A stretch of DNA of 64,000 nt from Myxococcota bacterium. Lineage in GTDB: Bacteria; Myxococcota_A; UBA9160; UBA4427. The notes beneath the pieces were generated by a model. The model had not been told where the DNA came from and did no database searches. It saw only the letters and a list, made by a program, of their open reading frames with translations. This document shows, piece after piece, positions 27,422 through 36,160 of this stretch (the stretch's first letter is position 1; every line of letters begins with the position of its first letter). Position numbers and translations under genes: made by a program. The stretch lies in NCBI GenBank assembly GCA_036336835.1, contig JAYZFK010000046.1:32001-96000 (forward strand), given 5' to 3'.

Positions 27422-28042
27422 ATGCAATCTGCCCGAAACATGGTCGCTCGGGCCGCACTGTGCACGCTCCTGTGCACCTCAGCCGGTGATATCGGGGCTC
27501 AGCCGACGCCCGAGGCTGCGGCAGAAGCGCTCGTGAGACAGGTCTGGTTCGAGGGCCTGCCGCTCGACCGCGCGGCCGCACTCGGCCCCGCCGCCGGGGC
27601 GCGGCTGGCCGGCATGCTCGCCGACCCGGCCGAAGCGGCCCATCACGCAAACGTCGTGATGGCCCTCGGCGTCTGCGACTGCCGATCCTCGTTCGAGGTG
27701 CTCGCCCGGTTCAGCGCCCTGCTGACGAGCGGCGCCGACCCCCACCATGCGCGGGCCGCGCGCCTCGCCGTGCCGCACGCGATGGGCCTGCTGGCGCGCC
27801 GGGACGCCAGAGCGCTGGCCTGGCTCGAGTCGCGCGCCGCCACGCTCACCCCCGGCCCGGGCGACCCTGCAGTCAGATCCCGCCACACTGCGGTCATACA
27901 GGGGCTATCGCTGTCGCGGTCGCCACGCGCCACGACCCTGCTGGGCGAGCTCGAAGCCGCCGCCTCGGCCCGCGGTGACACGGCGATGGCCCGGCGCGCG
28001 GCACAGGCTCGAGCTCGAGCCGAAGCCGGTCCGCAGTATTGA
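27422..28042 (+). CDS. hypothetical exported alpha-helical (HEAT-like) protein
   Basis: Ala/Leu-rich ORF with a signal-like N-terminus. Its stop overlaps the next start (TTGA). Start is 27422 or 27440. Confidence 0.6.
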   Translation: MQSARNMVARAALCTLLCTSAGDIGAQPTPEAAAEALVRQVWFEGLPLDRAAALGPAAGARLAGMLADPAEAAHHANVVMALGVCDCRSSFEVLARFSALLTSGADPHHARAARLAVPHAMGLLARRDARALAWLESRAATLTPGPGDPAVRSRHTAVIQGLSLSRSPRATTLLGELEAAASARGDTAMARRAAQARARAEAGPQY

Positions 28043-29661
28043 GCCGCTGTCGCCGCATTGCGATGGCAGCGCTCGCCGCTGCCCTCGGAGCCGGCGTCAG
28101 CTCGGCCCAGGCACCGAGCGTCGCGCTGCACGAGCTCGACTTCTACGTCCACGTCGACACGCTGGGCTCGGATCTCCTGGCCGACTACCAGGCGGCCATC
28201 GACGACGCGCTGATCGACGCGCAACTGATCCTGCAGGGCGAGCAGGGGCCGGCCGACTTCCCCTGTTGTACCGAGCTCACCCAACCGGTCGTAGTGAGTC
28301 TCTTCGGGTCGTCCGGTGACGGTCGAGACGTGATCGACTTCGGCGCCGACCTCCCCGCGCTCCGGGTCGAAGCGGGGGGCCGCGACGCGGTCTTCGTGGT
28401 CGATGCGTTGTCGTTCTGCGGCGGCGTTCCGGCTGCAAGCGCCATCGGCTGCGCCGAGACAGGCGGCACGATCCAGGTCGTCACGCTGGGGGCACTCGAG
28501 CGAGATCTGCTGGCTGCCACCATCGCGCACGAGCGCGGCCACAACGCCGGCCTCGATCACACGACGCCAAACGAGTGCGACATCATGCAGCCGATGGCAG
28601 GCGGCTCGTGCTTGCCAGCAGCAGACTGTGTCGACTATCGCCTGGTCGCCACGCGCAACGAGGGGACCTGTCCCTGCTTTGCGGACGCCTCGAGCAAGCT
28701 CGCCGACGGCGCCGCCTGCGCAGACGGCCCGCTGGTCGGCATCTGCTCGGGTGGTGTCTGCGGCGACAGCAACGGGGAGGCTTCTGCCGTTCTGGTCGGC
28801 GCGGTCGACCCGCTGGGCGGCATCGTCTTCGAAGAGCTGGCCACCGGCAGCGGACTCACCGGCGACTGGCAGCTCGAAGCCACCCTGGGCAGTGGCGCGA
28901 TCGTCAACGGTCTCGCCTACGCCGCCGATCGCGGCGTGCTCTACGGCGTCCAGATGGCGGGCCCCGACGGCGAGCTGCTCGAGATCGATCCGGCAAGCGG
29001 CAGCCTGACCCGCACGATCCCGCTAGCTGGTCTGCCCGGGCTGATCTCGCTCGCCTACGACCCGGGCGGCGCGGGGAGCGCCGACGACCGCCTGCTGGCC
29101 GTCGACCGCCAGCCCCTGCTGAGCGGACCGCTGCAGATCGAGGAGCTGATCGAGATCGATCCGGACGACGGCACCGTCAGCAGCCTCTGCCGTCTGGTCA
29201 CCAACTCCCATCAAACCACTCTCGGCTTCTATCCCGGGCTCGCCTACGACGCGGCCAACGATCGCCTGCTGGGTAGCGGCGGCGACGGGCTGTTCGAGAT
29301 CGATCCGCTGAACTGCGACCAGACCGAGATCGAGCACCCGGGGACTGCACCCAAGGAAACCGTCAACCTCGTGCGCTCCCCGGGTGCACTCGGCTACTCC
29401 GCCGCCAGCAAGCGCGTATTCATGTTCGGAAGCCAGAGTGGATCGCAGACGCTGTTCACGGTGATCGACGCCGGAGCGGCGCCCACCCCGATGGTCTCGA
29501 CCACGTTGGGGGTCGACAGCATGACGCCAGGCGGGCTCGCGGTGCTGCCGATCCCCGAGCCGCCGGTCGGACTGCTCGGTCTGTCGGCACTACTCGCCCT
29601 GGCCGGGCTGCGCCGGGCCCGCCGTCACTCGACCGCGATGCGCCCGACCCCGAGCTGCTGA
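28039..29661 (+). CDS. secreted metzincin zinc protease with Cys-rich domain, beta-propeller and PEP-CTERM sorting tail
   Basis: HERGHNAGLDH (HExxHxxGxxH) and Met-turn CDIM. Repeats GLAY..D..L / EIDP. C-terminal IPEP + hydrophobic helix + RRARR. Confidence 0.82.
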   Translation: MSRCRRIAMAALAAALGAGVSSAQAPSVALHELDFYVHVDTLGSDLLADYQAAIDDALIDAQLILQGEQGPADFPCCTELTQPVVVSLFGSSGDGRDVIDFGADLPALRVEAGGRDAVFVVDALSFCGGVPAASAIGCAETGGTIQVVTLGALERDLLAATIAHERGHNAGLDHTTPNECDIMQPMAGGSCLPAADCVDYRLVATRNEGTCPCFADASSKLADGAACADGPLVGICSGGVCGDSNGEASAVLVGAVDPLGGIVFEELATGSGLTGDWQLEATLGSGAIVNGLAYAADRGVLYGVQMAGPDGELLEIDPASGSLTRTIPLAGLPGLISLAYDPGGAGSADDRLLAVDRQPLLSGPLQIEELIEIDPDDGTVSSLCRLVTNSHQTTLGFYPGLAYDAANDRLLGSGGDGLFEIDPLNCDQTEIEHPGTAPKETVNLVRSPGALGYSAASKRVFMFGSQSGSQTLFTVIDAGAAPTPMVSTTLGVDSMTPGGLAVLPIPEPPVGLLGLSALLALAGLRRARRHSTAMRPTPSC

Positions 29662-30674
29662 GGCTCGGCCAGCTCGCCGATCGTTGCGCTGGCGAGTGCA
29701 CCAGCCGCGTCGAGCAGGTCGCGCAGCCGCTGCTCGTCCTCGGGTGCGACCGCCAGCAGCAGCCCCCCAGAGGTCTGCGCATCGCACAACAGCAGCCGCT
29801 CGGCTTCGCCGAGGCCCGCTGCATAGTCGACCTGCGAGACCACATAGTCGGCGTTGCGCCGCGTGCCGCCCGGCACCACTCCCTCTTCGGCCAGGGCGCG
29901 GGCGAACTCGAAGGCCGGAACGCACTCGCTGTGCAGACGCGCCGCAACGCCCGAGGCGGCCGCCAGATGGTGGAGATGACCGAGCAGGCCGAAGCCGGTC
30001 ACGTCCGTGGCGGCGTGCGCACCGACTGCGAGGGCGGCGTCGCGCGCCTCGGCGTTGAGCCGCTTCATCGCGTCGACGACGCGCGCGAGATCCTCGGGTG
30101 CCAGCCGGTCGGCCTTGATCGCCTGGGCCGCAATGCCCGAGCCGATCGGCTTGGTCAACACGAGCGCGTCCCCCGGGCAGCCTCCAGACTGCTTCAACGC
30201 CCGACCGTCGGCCAGGCTGCCCACGACGCACAGGCCGTACTTGAGCTCGGGGTCGAGCACCGTGTGCCCACCGACGATCGCGCAGTCCGCCTCGGCCGCC
30301 TTGTCGCGCCCGCCCTGGAAGATGCGCACCAGCACCTCGTGCGGCACCAGCTCCTCCGGGAAGCCGCAGAGTGCCAGCGCGACGCACGGCTGGCCGCCCA
30401 TCGCGTAGACGTCGGAGAGCGAGTTCGCGGCCGCGATGGCGCCGTAGTCGTAGGGGTCGTCGACGATCGGCGTGATGAAGTCGACGGTGAAGGCGAGCGG
30501 CGACCCCGATTCCGGGCGCAGCAAGGCTGCATCCTCCATCGGTCCGACGTTTCCGTCGACCCATGGATGATCGTAGGGAGCGACCTCCTTCAGGACCTGG
30601 ACCAGGTCCTTAGCGCCCAGCTTGCGGGCTCAACCGCCGGCCGGAACGAGCTGCGTGAGTCGCAGGGCGTCCAT
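29625..30674 (-). CDS. selD: selenide, water dikinase (selenophosphate synthetase), selenocysteine-containing
   Basis: AGGAG RBS then ATG 30674: MDALRLTQLVPAGG-(UGA 30632-30630)-ARKLG continues in frame into EDAA, TVDFITPIVDDPY, ANSLSDVYAMGG, GGHT, TDVTGFGLLGH, DAQTSGGLL. Confidence 0.95.
30592..30610 (-). promoter_or_regulatory. bacterial SECIS-like hairpin in the selD mRNA
   Basis: AGGACCUG-GUC-CAGGUCCU, 20-38 nt downstream of the UGA, with G in the apical loop. Confidence 0.7.
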
Positions 30675-30807
30675 CGGATCTCCTGTACTGCCCCGCCAGC
30701 GCGGCCATGCAATCAGGCGGAGTGCGCCCGCAGCATAGCCGGCGGCGACGGCCGGCTCGTATGACTCGAGCCCGCGTCGGCACGCGAACAGGATGCGAAG
30801 ATGTTCG

Positions 30808-30835
30808 AAAAAATAAAACCCGCCGGAAAGGCGGG
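30808..30835 (-). terminator. Rho-independent terminator (possibly bidirectional)
   Basis: Minus strand reads CCCGCC-TTTCC-GGCGGG-TTTTATTTTTT. The plus strand also has T6 three nt after the stem. Confidence 0.8.
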
Positions 30836-30857
30836 CACTTTTTTGCGACGTGGTAAT
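30808..30857 (-). ncRNA. putative small RNA of about 50 nt
   Basis: Bounded by a sigma70-like promoter and an intrinsic terminator, between divergent genes. No start codon or RBS within the transcript. Confidence 0.5.
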
Positions 30858-30861
30858 ACAA

Positions 30862-30889
30862 ATTGTAGCACACATCTGGTTCTTCGCAA
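30862..30889 (-). promoter_or_regulatory. sigma70-type promoter with extended -10
   Basis: TTGCGA (30889-30884), 16-bp spacer, TGc-TACAAT (30867-30862). Confidence 0.65.
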
Positions 30890-31108
30890 GCCCCCCCTAC
30901 TGAAACACGCCAAGCAAGCGCGCAACTCCGCCCGTTCGGGCGCAAACTGCCCAATCGACCTCCTCAACCCCCGGTGATCGACCGTCCTTCCGGGTGTGCT
31001 TCTGGAAGCAGACCACGGTTCGAGCGCGTCCAGGTCGCGAAAATCTCTGCGAACCGATTCGCAAATTGGCAAATTGCTCCCCGGCCGGCTCGGCTAGCGT
31101 TGCCTCCT

Positions 31109-32350
31109 GTGATCTGCCGCTCGGTCGTTCTCGTCGCCGCCACATTGTGTGGCCTGCTGCTCGCGGGCGATGCCGCGGCGCACACGCGCAGCATCTCGCA
31201 CTCGAGCTGGCGACCCGATGAGACCGGAGCCCGCGTGAAGCTGCGCATTCCGCGCCTCGAACTCACCCGAATCGGACTCGACGCCCCACCGCAGGACCGC
31301 GAGTTGTCAGCTCTTGCAGGTCGCTATCTCGCCGACCGCCTGGTGCTGCGCTCGGGGCAGCTGGATTGTCAGCGTGTCGGCGCCATCGAGCCCCGCCGAG
31401 CGGACGAAGGCTGGGCTGCGTTCGCCTGGCGCTACGAGTGTCCTGCCGGCCGACCCAGCGCGATCGAGACGGCGATCCTGCTCGCCGTTGCCCCGTCGCA
31501 CGTGCATTTCGCACGCCTGTCACTGCCGGACGGCAAGGTGACCGAGCGGGTCCTGACCGAGGCGAGCCCGCTCTGGGAGCTCCCGAGCGCGCCGCAGGCC
31601 GGCGCCCGTCAGCCCGCTTCCGATGGCGCCGGCAGCTCGATCGCAAACTACGTGGTGCTCGGGATCGGGCACATCCTGACGGGCTGGGACCACCTGGCCT
31701 TCGTGCTCGCGCTGATGATCCTGGCCGGCACGCTCGGCGAGATGGCGCGCGTGGTCACCGGCTTCACCATCGCCCACAGCCTGACGCTGGCGCTGGCGGT
31801 GCTGGGCCTGGTGCATCCACAGGCCGTCGTCGTCGAGGCCGTGATCGGCTTCTCGGTCGCGCTGGTCGCAGCCGAGAACGCCTGGACGCTCGGTGGGCGC
31901 GGCCGCGCGATCCCGCTAGCGGCCGTCGTCGGACTCGGCGCCTGCGCGGTGCTGGCGCTGTCCGGAGTGGGGCGCGTCCCAGCCGCGACACTGATCGGCC
32001 TGGCGGTGTTCAGTGGCTGTCACTTCGGCCTACTGGCGCGCAGCCCGCGACCGGTGCGCATCCGGGGCGTGCTGGCCTTCGCCTTCGGGCTCGTCCACGG
32101 CTTTGGCTTCGCCGGGGTCCTGGCCGAGATGGAGCTGCCGACCGCACGACTGGCTCCAGCGCTGTTCGGCTTCAACGTGGGCGTCGAACTCGGTCAGCTG
32201 GCGATCGTCTCGGTCGCCTGGCCGTTGCTGCGCCTGCTCGAGCGCCCGGCCGGGGGACGCTGGCACCGGCGCGTGGTCGACCTCGGCTCGGCGGCCGCCT
32301 GCGGGATCGGGATCTTCTGGTTCGTGACCCGGACCTTCGGAGCCGGCTAG
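31109..32350 (+). CDS. HupE/UreJ-like membrane protein with N-terminal periplasmic domain
   Basis: Signal peptide ending AAA-H. Motifs LGIGHILTGWDHLAF, TGFTIAHSLTL, FGLVHGFGFA, LFGFNVGVELGQ. Confidence 0.9.
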   Translation: MICRSVVLVAATLCGLLLAGDAAAHTRSISHSSWRPDETGARVKLRIPRLELTRIGLDAPPQDRELSALAGRYLADRLVLRSGQLDCQRVGAIEPRRADEGWAAFAWRYECPAGRPSAIETAILLAVAPSHVHFARLSLPDGKVTERVLTEASPLWELPSAPQAGARQPASDGAGSSIANYVVLGIGHILTGWDHLAFVLALMILAGTLGEMARVVTGFTIAHSLTLALAVLGLVHPQAVVVEAVIGFSVALVAAENAWTLGGRGRAIPLAAVVGLGACAVLALSGVGRVPAATLIGLAVFSGCHFGLLARSPRPVRIRGVLAFAFGLVHGFGFAGVLAEMELPTARLAPALFGFNVGVELGQLAIVSVAWPLLRLLERPAGGRWHRRVVDLGSAAACGIGIFWFVTRTFGAG

Positions 32351-33405
32351 CAGCTGGCGAGCCCGGGCTGGCGCGGCCGCCCCGGCCTTCCGCCGGTTGC
32401 TTCGACCAGGGCGCACAGCGCGCGGAGCGTGGCAGCGACATCGTTGTCCGCCCAGTACTCGGGGTTCTCCGGGTTCGAGAGCCAGAACGGGTTGAGTACG
32501 CGCGACGGCTTGAGCACCCCGGCCCCGGGCCGCCCGATCTCCACCGTCACACTCGGCGTCCCGAACGCACCCAGCAGATAGGCGTCGAGCTGACCGTTGA
32601 TTGCGGCCGGCCGCTCGGAGACGGACCGATAGGTGACGTGCCGCTGGTGTGACTGGAACTGGCCGTCGAACACCCCGAGAGCTTGGGCCACCGGGTCGCC
32701 GACTCCGTCGGCGAAGACGCCCTCGAGCAGGGGGCGGAACACGACCGCGCCAAAGCTGTGGAAGTTGATCGCGGCGCAGAACCGCTCGCGCCCAGCCAGG
32801 CGTGCCAGCCCCGCGCACTCCGGCTCCGACAACGGGTACGGCCCGCGATAGTACGCGGTGCCGCGCCGCCTGCGCGCCGAGTTCCAGGCGCGCCTGCCGG
32901 CAACCGCCTCGGACGGGAAGTTGCGATTGGGATCGACGCCGTTCGCGGTGTGCCGCATCCCGCCGGCCCACACCCAGCCCTGGCTTCGCCAGACGCGCTC
33001 GGCGCCATCGGGATTGAGCAGCGGCGTCACGATCACCTGCGCTGAAGCGAGCAGCTGGGTGATCTCGGAGTCACCGCTCGCCGCGCGCTCGAGCAGCGCG
33101 CGCGCCACCTCGCGGGCGACATAGCCCGACACGAACTCGCCCGCGTGGATCTGCGCGCTCACCAGCAGCCGCGCTGGCGCCTCGGCCGCACCGATACGCA
33201 GCGCGCGCAACGGTCGCCCCTCGCTCGAGTGGCCGTAGCGCTCGACCCGCGCCCACTCCGGATGTGCCTGCGCGAGCTGGTCGAGCATCGCGTCGGCTTC
33301 GGCGGGGGACGGGTAGGGGCTGTCGGCGAGCTGGCCGCCTAGCTTCGAGCGCGCCAGTGCGCCGCCGTACAGCAGCCCTGCGCCGGCGATCAGCCAGTCG
33401 AGCAT
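32347..33405 (-). CDS. M14 zinc carboxypeptidase-like protein
   Basis: Motifs HAGE (HxxE), LNPDG, GVDPNRNF, SEPE, INFHS. Start overlaps the upstream stop (TGATG). Confidence 0.88.
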   Translation of the reverse strand: MLDWLIAGAGLLYGGALARSKLGGQLADSPYPSPAEADAMLDQLAQAHPEWARVERYGHSSEGRPLRALRIGAAEAPARLLVSAQIHAGEFVSGYVAREVARALLERAASGDSEITQLLASAQVIVTPLLNPDGAERVWRSQGWVWAGGMRHTANGVDPNRNFPSEAVAGRRAWNSARRRRGTAYYRGPYPLSEPECAGLARLAGRERFCAAINFHSFGAVVFRPLLEGVFADGVGDPVAQALGVFDGQFQSHQRHVTYRSVSERPAAINGQLDAYLLGAFGTPSVTVEIGRPGAGVLKPSRVLNPFWLSNPENPEYWADNDVAATLRALCALVEATGGRPGRPRQPGLASC

Positions 33406-34325
33406 CAGTCCCAGGCGTGGACGACTGGCAGCACCTCTTCGGCGAGGCGGCGCGTCTGATCCATCAGGTCGTCGTCGCCCCCGGCGAGCGCGATCAATAC
33501 GAACTTGTGCACGCCCGCGCGGCGGTACTGCTGGCAGCGCTCGATCACCTCGGCGGGCTTGCCGACGGCGAGCCAGGCGCGCATGTCGACACCCGCGCGC
33601 TCGAGCCCGCGGGCAAACCCCGAGGCGGACGCGTCCTCGAAACTGCCAATCCGAAACGGAAAGGTGGCTCCGAAGTGGTCGTCGGCGATGCGTCGGTCGA
33701 GCCGGGCCGCCTCCTGCTTGATCGCGGCCACGACCGGCCCGACCTGTGCCGGATCCTGCAGGCCACCGAGCCAACCCGTGCCAACGCGCGCCGTTCGGCG
33801 GATTGCGGCCTTCGAGTGGCCGCCGATCCACAGCGGTAGCGGCTGCTGAACCGGAGCGGGCGAGATCTGCGCGCCGCGATAGGCGAAATGTTCGCCCGCG
33901 AAGTCCACCACATCGCCGGTCCACAGCCGCTGCAACAGCTCGAGAGCCTCGTCGGCTCGCTGGCCGCGGCCCTCCGGCGCGCGCCCGGTGGCCTGCCACT
34001 CGGGCGCGTTGGCGTTGCCGACTCCGAAGACCGGCAGCAGCCTCCCGCCGCTCAGGTAATCGATCGTCGCGCACTGCTTCGCGAGCACCAGTGGATCACG
34101 CGTCGGGAGGACGACCGCGTTCATGCCGAACTTGACTCGCGACGTCGCGCCCGCCAGCGCGGCCATGGCGCTCATCGCCTCGAGATAGGGCTCGGCCGAG
34201 ACGAGACGGTCGCTCTGCCAGATCGAGTCGATCTGGCTCTCCTCGCACAGATCCGCCCAGCGAAACAGGGCTCGAGGCCCCGAGAAGGGCTGCGTGGCGA
34301 TGCCGAGGCCGATTCGAACGCTCAT
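33405..34325 (-). CDS. LLM class flavin-dependent oxidoreductase
   Basis: Motifs DSIWQSDRL, RDPLVLAKQCATIDYLSGGR, PLWIGG..AIRR. AAGGAG RBS. Confidence 0.9.
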   Translation of the reverse strand: MSVRIGLGIATQPFSGPRALFRWADLCEESQIDSIWQSDRLVSAEPYLEAMSAMAALAGATSRVKFGMNAVVLPTRDPLVLAKQCATIDYLSGGRLLPVFGVGNANAPEWQATGRAPEGRGQRADEALELLQRLWTGDVVDFAGEHFAYRGAQISPAPVQQPLPLWIGGHSKAAIRRTARVGTGWLGGLQDPAQVGPVVAAIKQEAARLDRRIADDHFGATFPFRIGSFEDASASGFARGLERAGVDMRAWLAVGKPAEVIERCQQYRRAGVHKFVLIALAGGDDDLMDQTRRLAEEVLPVVHAWD

Positions 34326-34457
34326 GACCCGGGGGCTCCTTCGCAACCGCTCATGGTAGCGGCGCGAGCGGCGAGGACTCGGCATCGTCTGTGCGACGGC
34401 CCCTCGAGAGGCGATTCGTCCTCCTCCCGCTCGGCGGGCCGACCGAAGAGCGGAGCC

Positions 34458-34907
34458 ATGGCAGCCCTGAGAGGCATCGAAGTCCACTGGAGCGGAGGCA
34501 ACGTCGTGTTGCCGGCGCGACTGCTGCGCGCTCGCTATGCCCGCGCCGGCGGCCCCGGCGGACAGAACGTCAACAAGGTCTCGACCAAGGTCGACCTGCG
34601 TCTCGACCTCGACGGCGCGCGCGAGCTGCTGGGCGAAGCGGCCGTGGCGCGCCTGCGCAAGCAGCTCGCTAGCCGCCTCGACGCCGACGGCTCGTTGCAG
34701 GTCACGAGCAGCGAGCACCGAACTCGGGCACGCAACCTCGAGGCCGCACTCGAACGCCTGGAGGCGTGGTTGTCCGACGCGCTCCGCCGTCCGAAGACCC
34801 GTCGCCCCACGCGGCCGAGCCGCGGCAGCGCCGAGCGCCGCCTCGCTTCGAAGCAGAAGCGCGGCGCCCTCAAGCGGACGCGCAGCCGCGACCCGCACGA
34901 CGATTGA
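34458..34907 (+). CDS. arfB: alternative ribosome rescue peptidyl-tRNA hydrolase ArfB
   Basis: GGPGGQNVNKVSTKV and a basic C-terminal tail (RRPTRPS...RRLASK..RG.LK). Confidence 0.93.
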   Translation: MAALRGIEVHWSGGNVVLPARLLRARYARAGGPGGQNVNKVSTKVDLRLDLDGARELLGEAAVARLRKQLASRLDADGSLQVTSSEHRTRARNLEAALERLEAWLSDALRRPKTRRPTRPSRGSAERRLASKQKRGALKRTRSRDPHDD

Positions 34908-34910
34908 GCC

Positions 34911-35318
34911 TCAGCTCCATTCGAACGCGAGATCGAGCTCGACATCGGGGTGCAGGCTGCGATGAACGGGGCAGCCGCGCGCCGCGCGCTCGAGCACCAC
35001 ACGCGCCTCGCGCGGCACCGACGAGGGCATCGTGAAGCAAGCCTCGAGTCTTCCGATCCGGCGCTCCCGCTGCTCGCTCATGTGCTTGTTCACGCGAGCC
35101 CGAGCACCCTCCATCGCCCAGCCGTGACGCCGCGCCACGATCCCCATCGTGGTCAGCACACAGCTCGCCAGCGCGGTGGCCACCAGATCCGTCGGCGAGT
35201 AGCGCTCGCCGAGCCCCTCGTTGTCCCGCGGAGCATCCGTCTCGATGCGCGTACCCGAAGGCTCGTGAAGGCACTCCGTATGCAGATTTCCGCTGTACTC
35301 CACGTCGATTCGAACCAC
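34911..35318 (-). CDS. OsmC family protein
   Basis: Motifs TDAPRDNEG.GE..SPTDL..ALASC and CPVHRSL. GGAGG RBS before GTG. Confidence 0.9.
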   Translation of the reverse strand: MVRIDVEYSGNLHTECLHEPSGTRIETDAPRDNEGLGERYSPTDLVATALASCVLTTMGIVARRHGWAMEGARARVNKHMSEQRERRIGRLEACFTMPSSVPREARVVLERAARGCPVHRSLHPDVELDLAFEWS

Positions 35319-35530
35319 GCCGCTCCCTCCAGGGCTGCCTGCAGCATGGAGCGCCGAGCGCTCCGGCACCAGTCCGGTCGGCCCGATCGACAAGACGGCA
35401 GGCGCCCGGGGAGCGCCTGCGCCTGACAAGCAGCGACATCGGGATTCGCAGGCCGAGGCCCGGAACCGTCTCGATCGGTGCAGCCGGGCAGGAGCCTGGC
35501 CCGAGCGCGGCCGACGGCTCGCCGGGCGAC

Positions 35531-36103
35531 TCACGATCCAACGCAGCGCGCAGACGCCCTCGCCGAGCGACAGCACGCGCGCCGCGAGCGCATCTCGGCC
35601 TCACCCAGCTCGCGCAGCCGCTCGGCGTTGCGGGCGGGTATGTCGGCCGCGCCCGCGAAGGCCGCGATCGCGTCCGTCACACTCTGCTCCCGCAACAGGT
35701 GCAGCATTGGGTGCGGTGAGCGATTGGTCCAGTTCGCGGGATCGTCGTGCGCGGAGTCGGCAAAGACATACTCCGGATGGAAGCTCGCGAGCTGAACTAC
35801 GCCCTCGCAGCCGCGCGCGCGTAACAGCGCTTCTGCCGGGTCGAGGAAGTCGTTGTAGTCCGCGAAGTCGACGAGCGTGTGCGGGTGGACGAGTAGCGTG
35901 GTGTCGAGATCAGCAACGGGCGTACGCAACAAACGAGCGAGCTCGCTGTCGAGATCGGCGAGCAGGGCTTCGGGATCACGTGCCGGGCTCTCGATGAAGC
36001 GGACCCGGCCGGCGGCGAGCACCTCGCGCGCGAAGGGGCACAGCTCGAGCTCCACGACCACCGACTCGACCCAGGCGCGCGTGGCTTCGACCGCATTGCT
36101 CAC
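35531..36103 (-). CDS. DUF1415 family protein
   Basis: Motifs W...VV.LELCPFA, TTLLVHP, QLASFHPEY, NWTNRSPHPMLHLLRE, IPARN. Confidence 0.88.
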   Translation of the reverse strand: MSNAVEATRAWVESVVVELELCPFAREVLAAGRVRFIESPARDPEALLADLDSELARLLRTPVADLDTTLLVHPHTLVDFADYNDFLDPAEALLRARGCEGVVQLASFHPEYVFADSAHDDPANWTNRSPHPMLHLLREQSVTDAIAAFAGAADIPARNAERLRELGEAEMRSRRACCRSARASARCVGS

Positions 36104-36160
36104 GGGGGCAACGTAGACGACGAGCCGAGCGATCGCATAGGATGGCCGCCGGGAGGCACC

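Noticed and set aside
30785..30807. Hairpin containing CAGGATG, resembling a CsrA-binding site
   Set aside because: Csr/Rsm sRNAs carry many GGA loops. Only one or two are present here and there is no convincing plus-strand promoter.
30675..31108. Possible tRNA-Sec (selC), cobalamin riboswitch or c-di-GMP riboswitch in the selD-hupE intergenic region
   Set aside because: No UCA anticodon arm (TTCAAA) or cloverleaf on either strand, no B12-box, and no GNRA/receptor layout of c-di-GMP-I. Only short generic hairpins. A covariance search would be definitive.
35319..35530. 212-bp gap between the osmC and DUF1415 genes containing a GCAGGCGC/GCGCCTGC hairpin
   Set aside because: A single GC stem without a U-tract, recognisable RNA motif or second copy. 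Not enough to call a feature.
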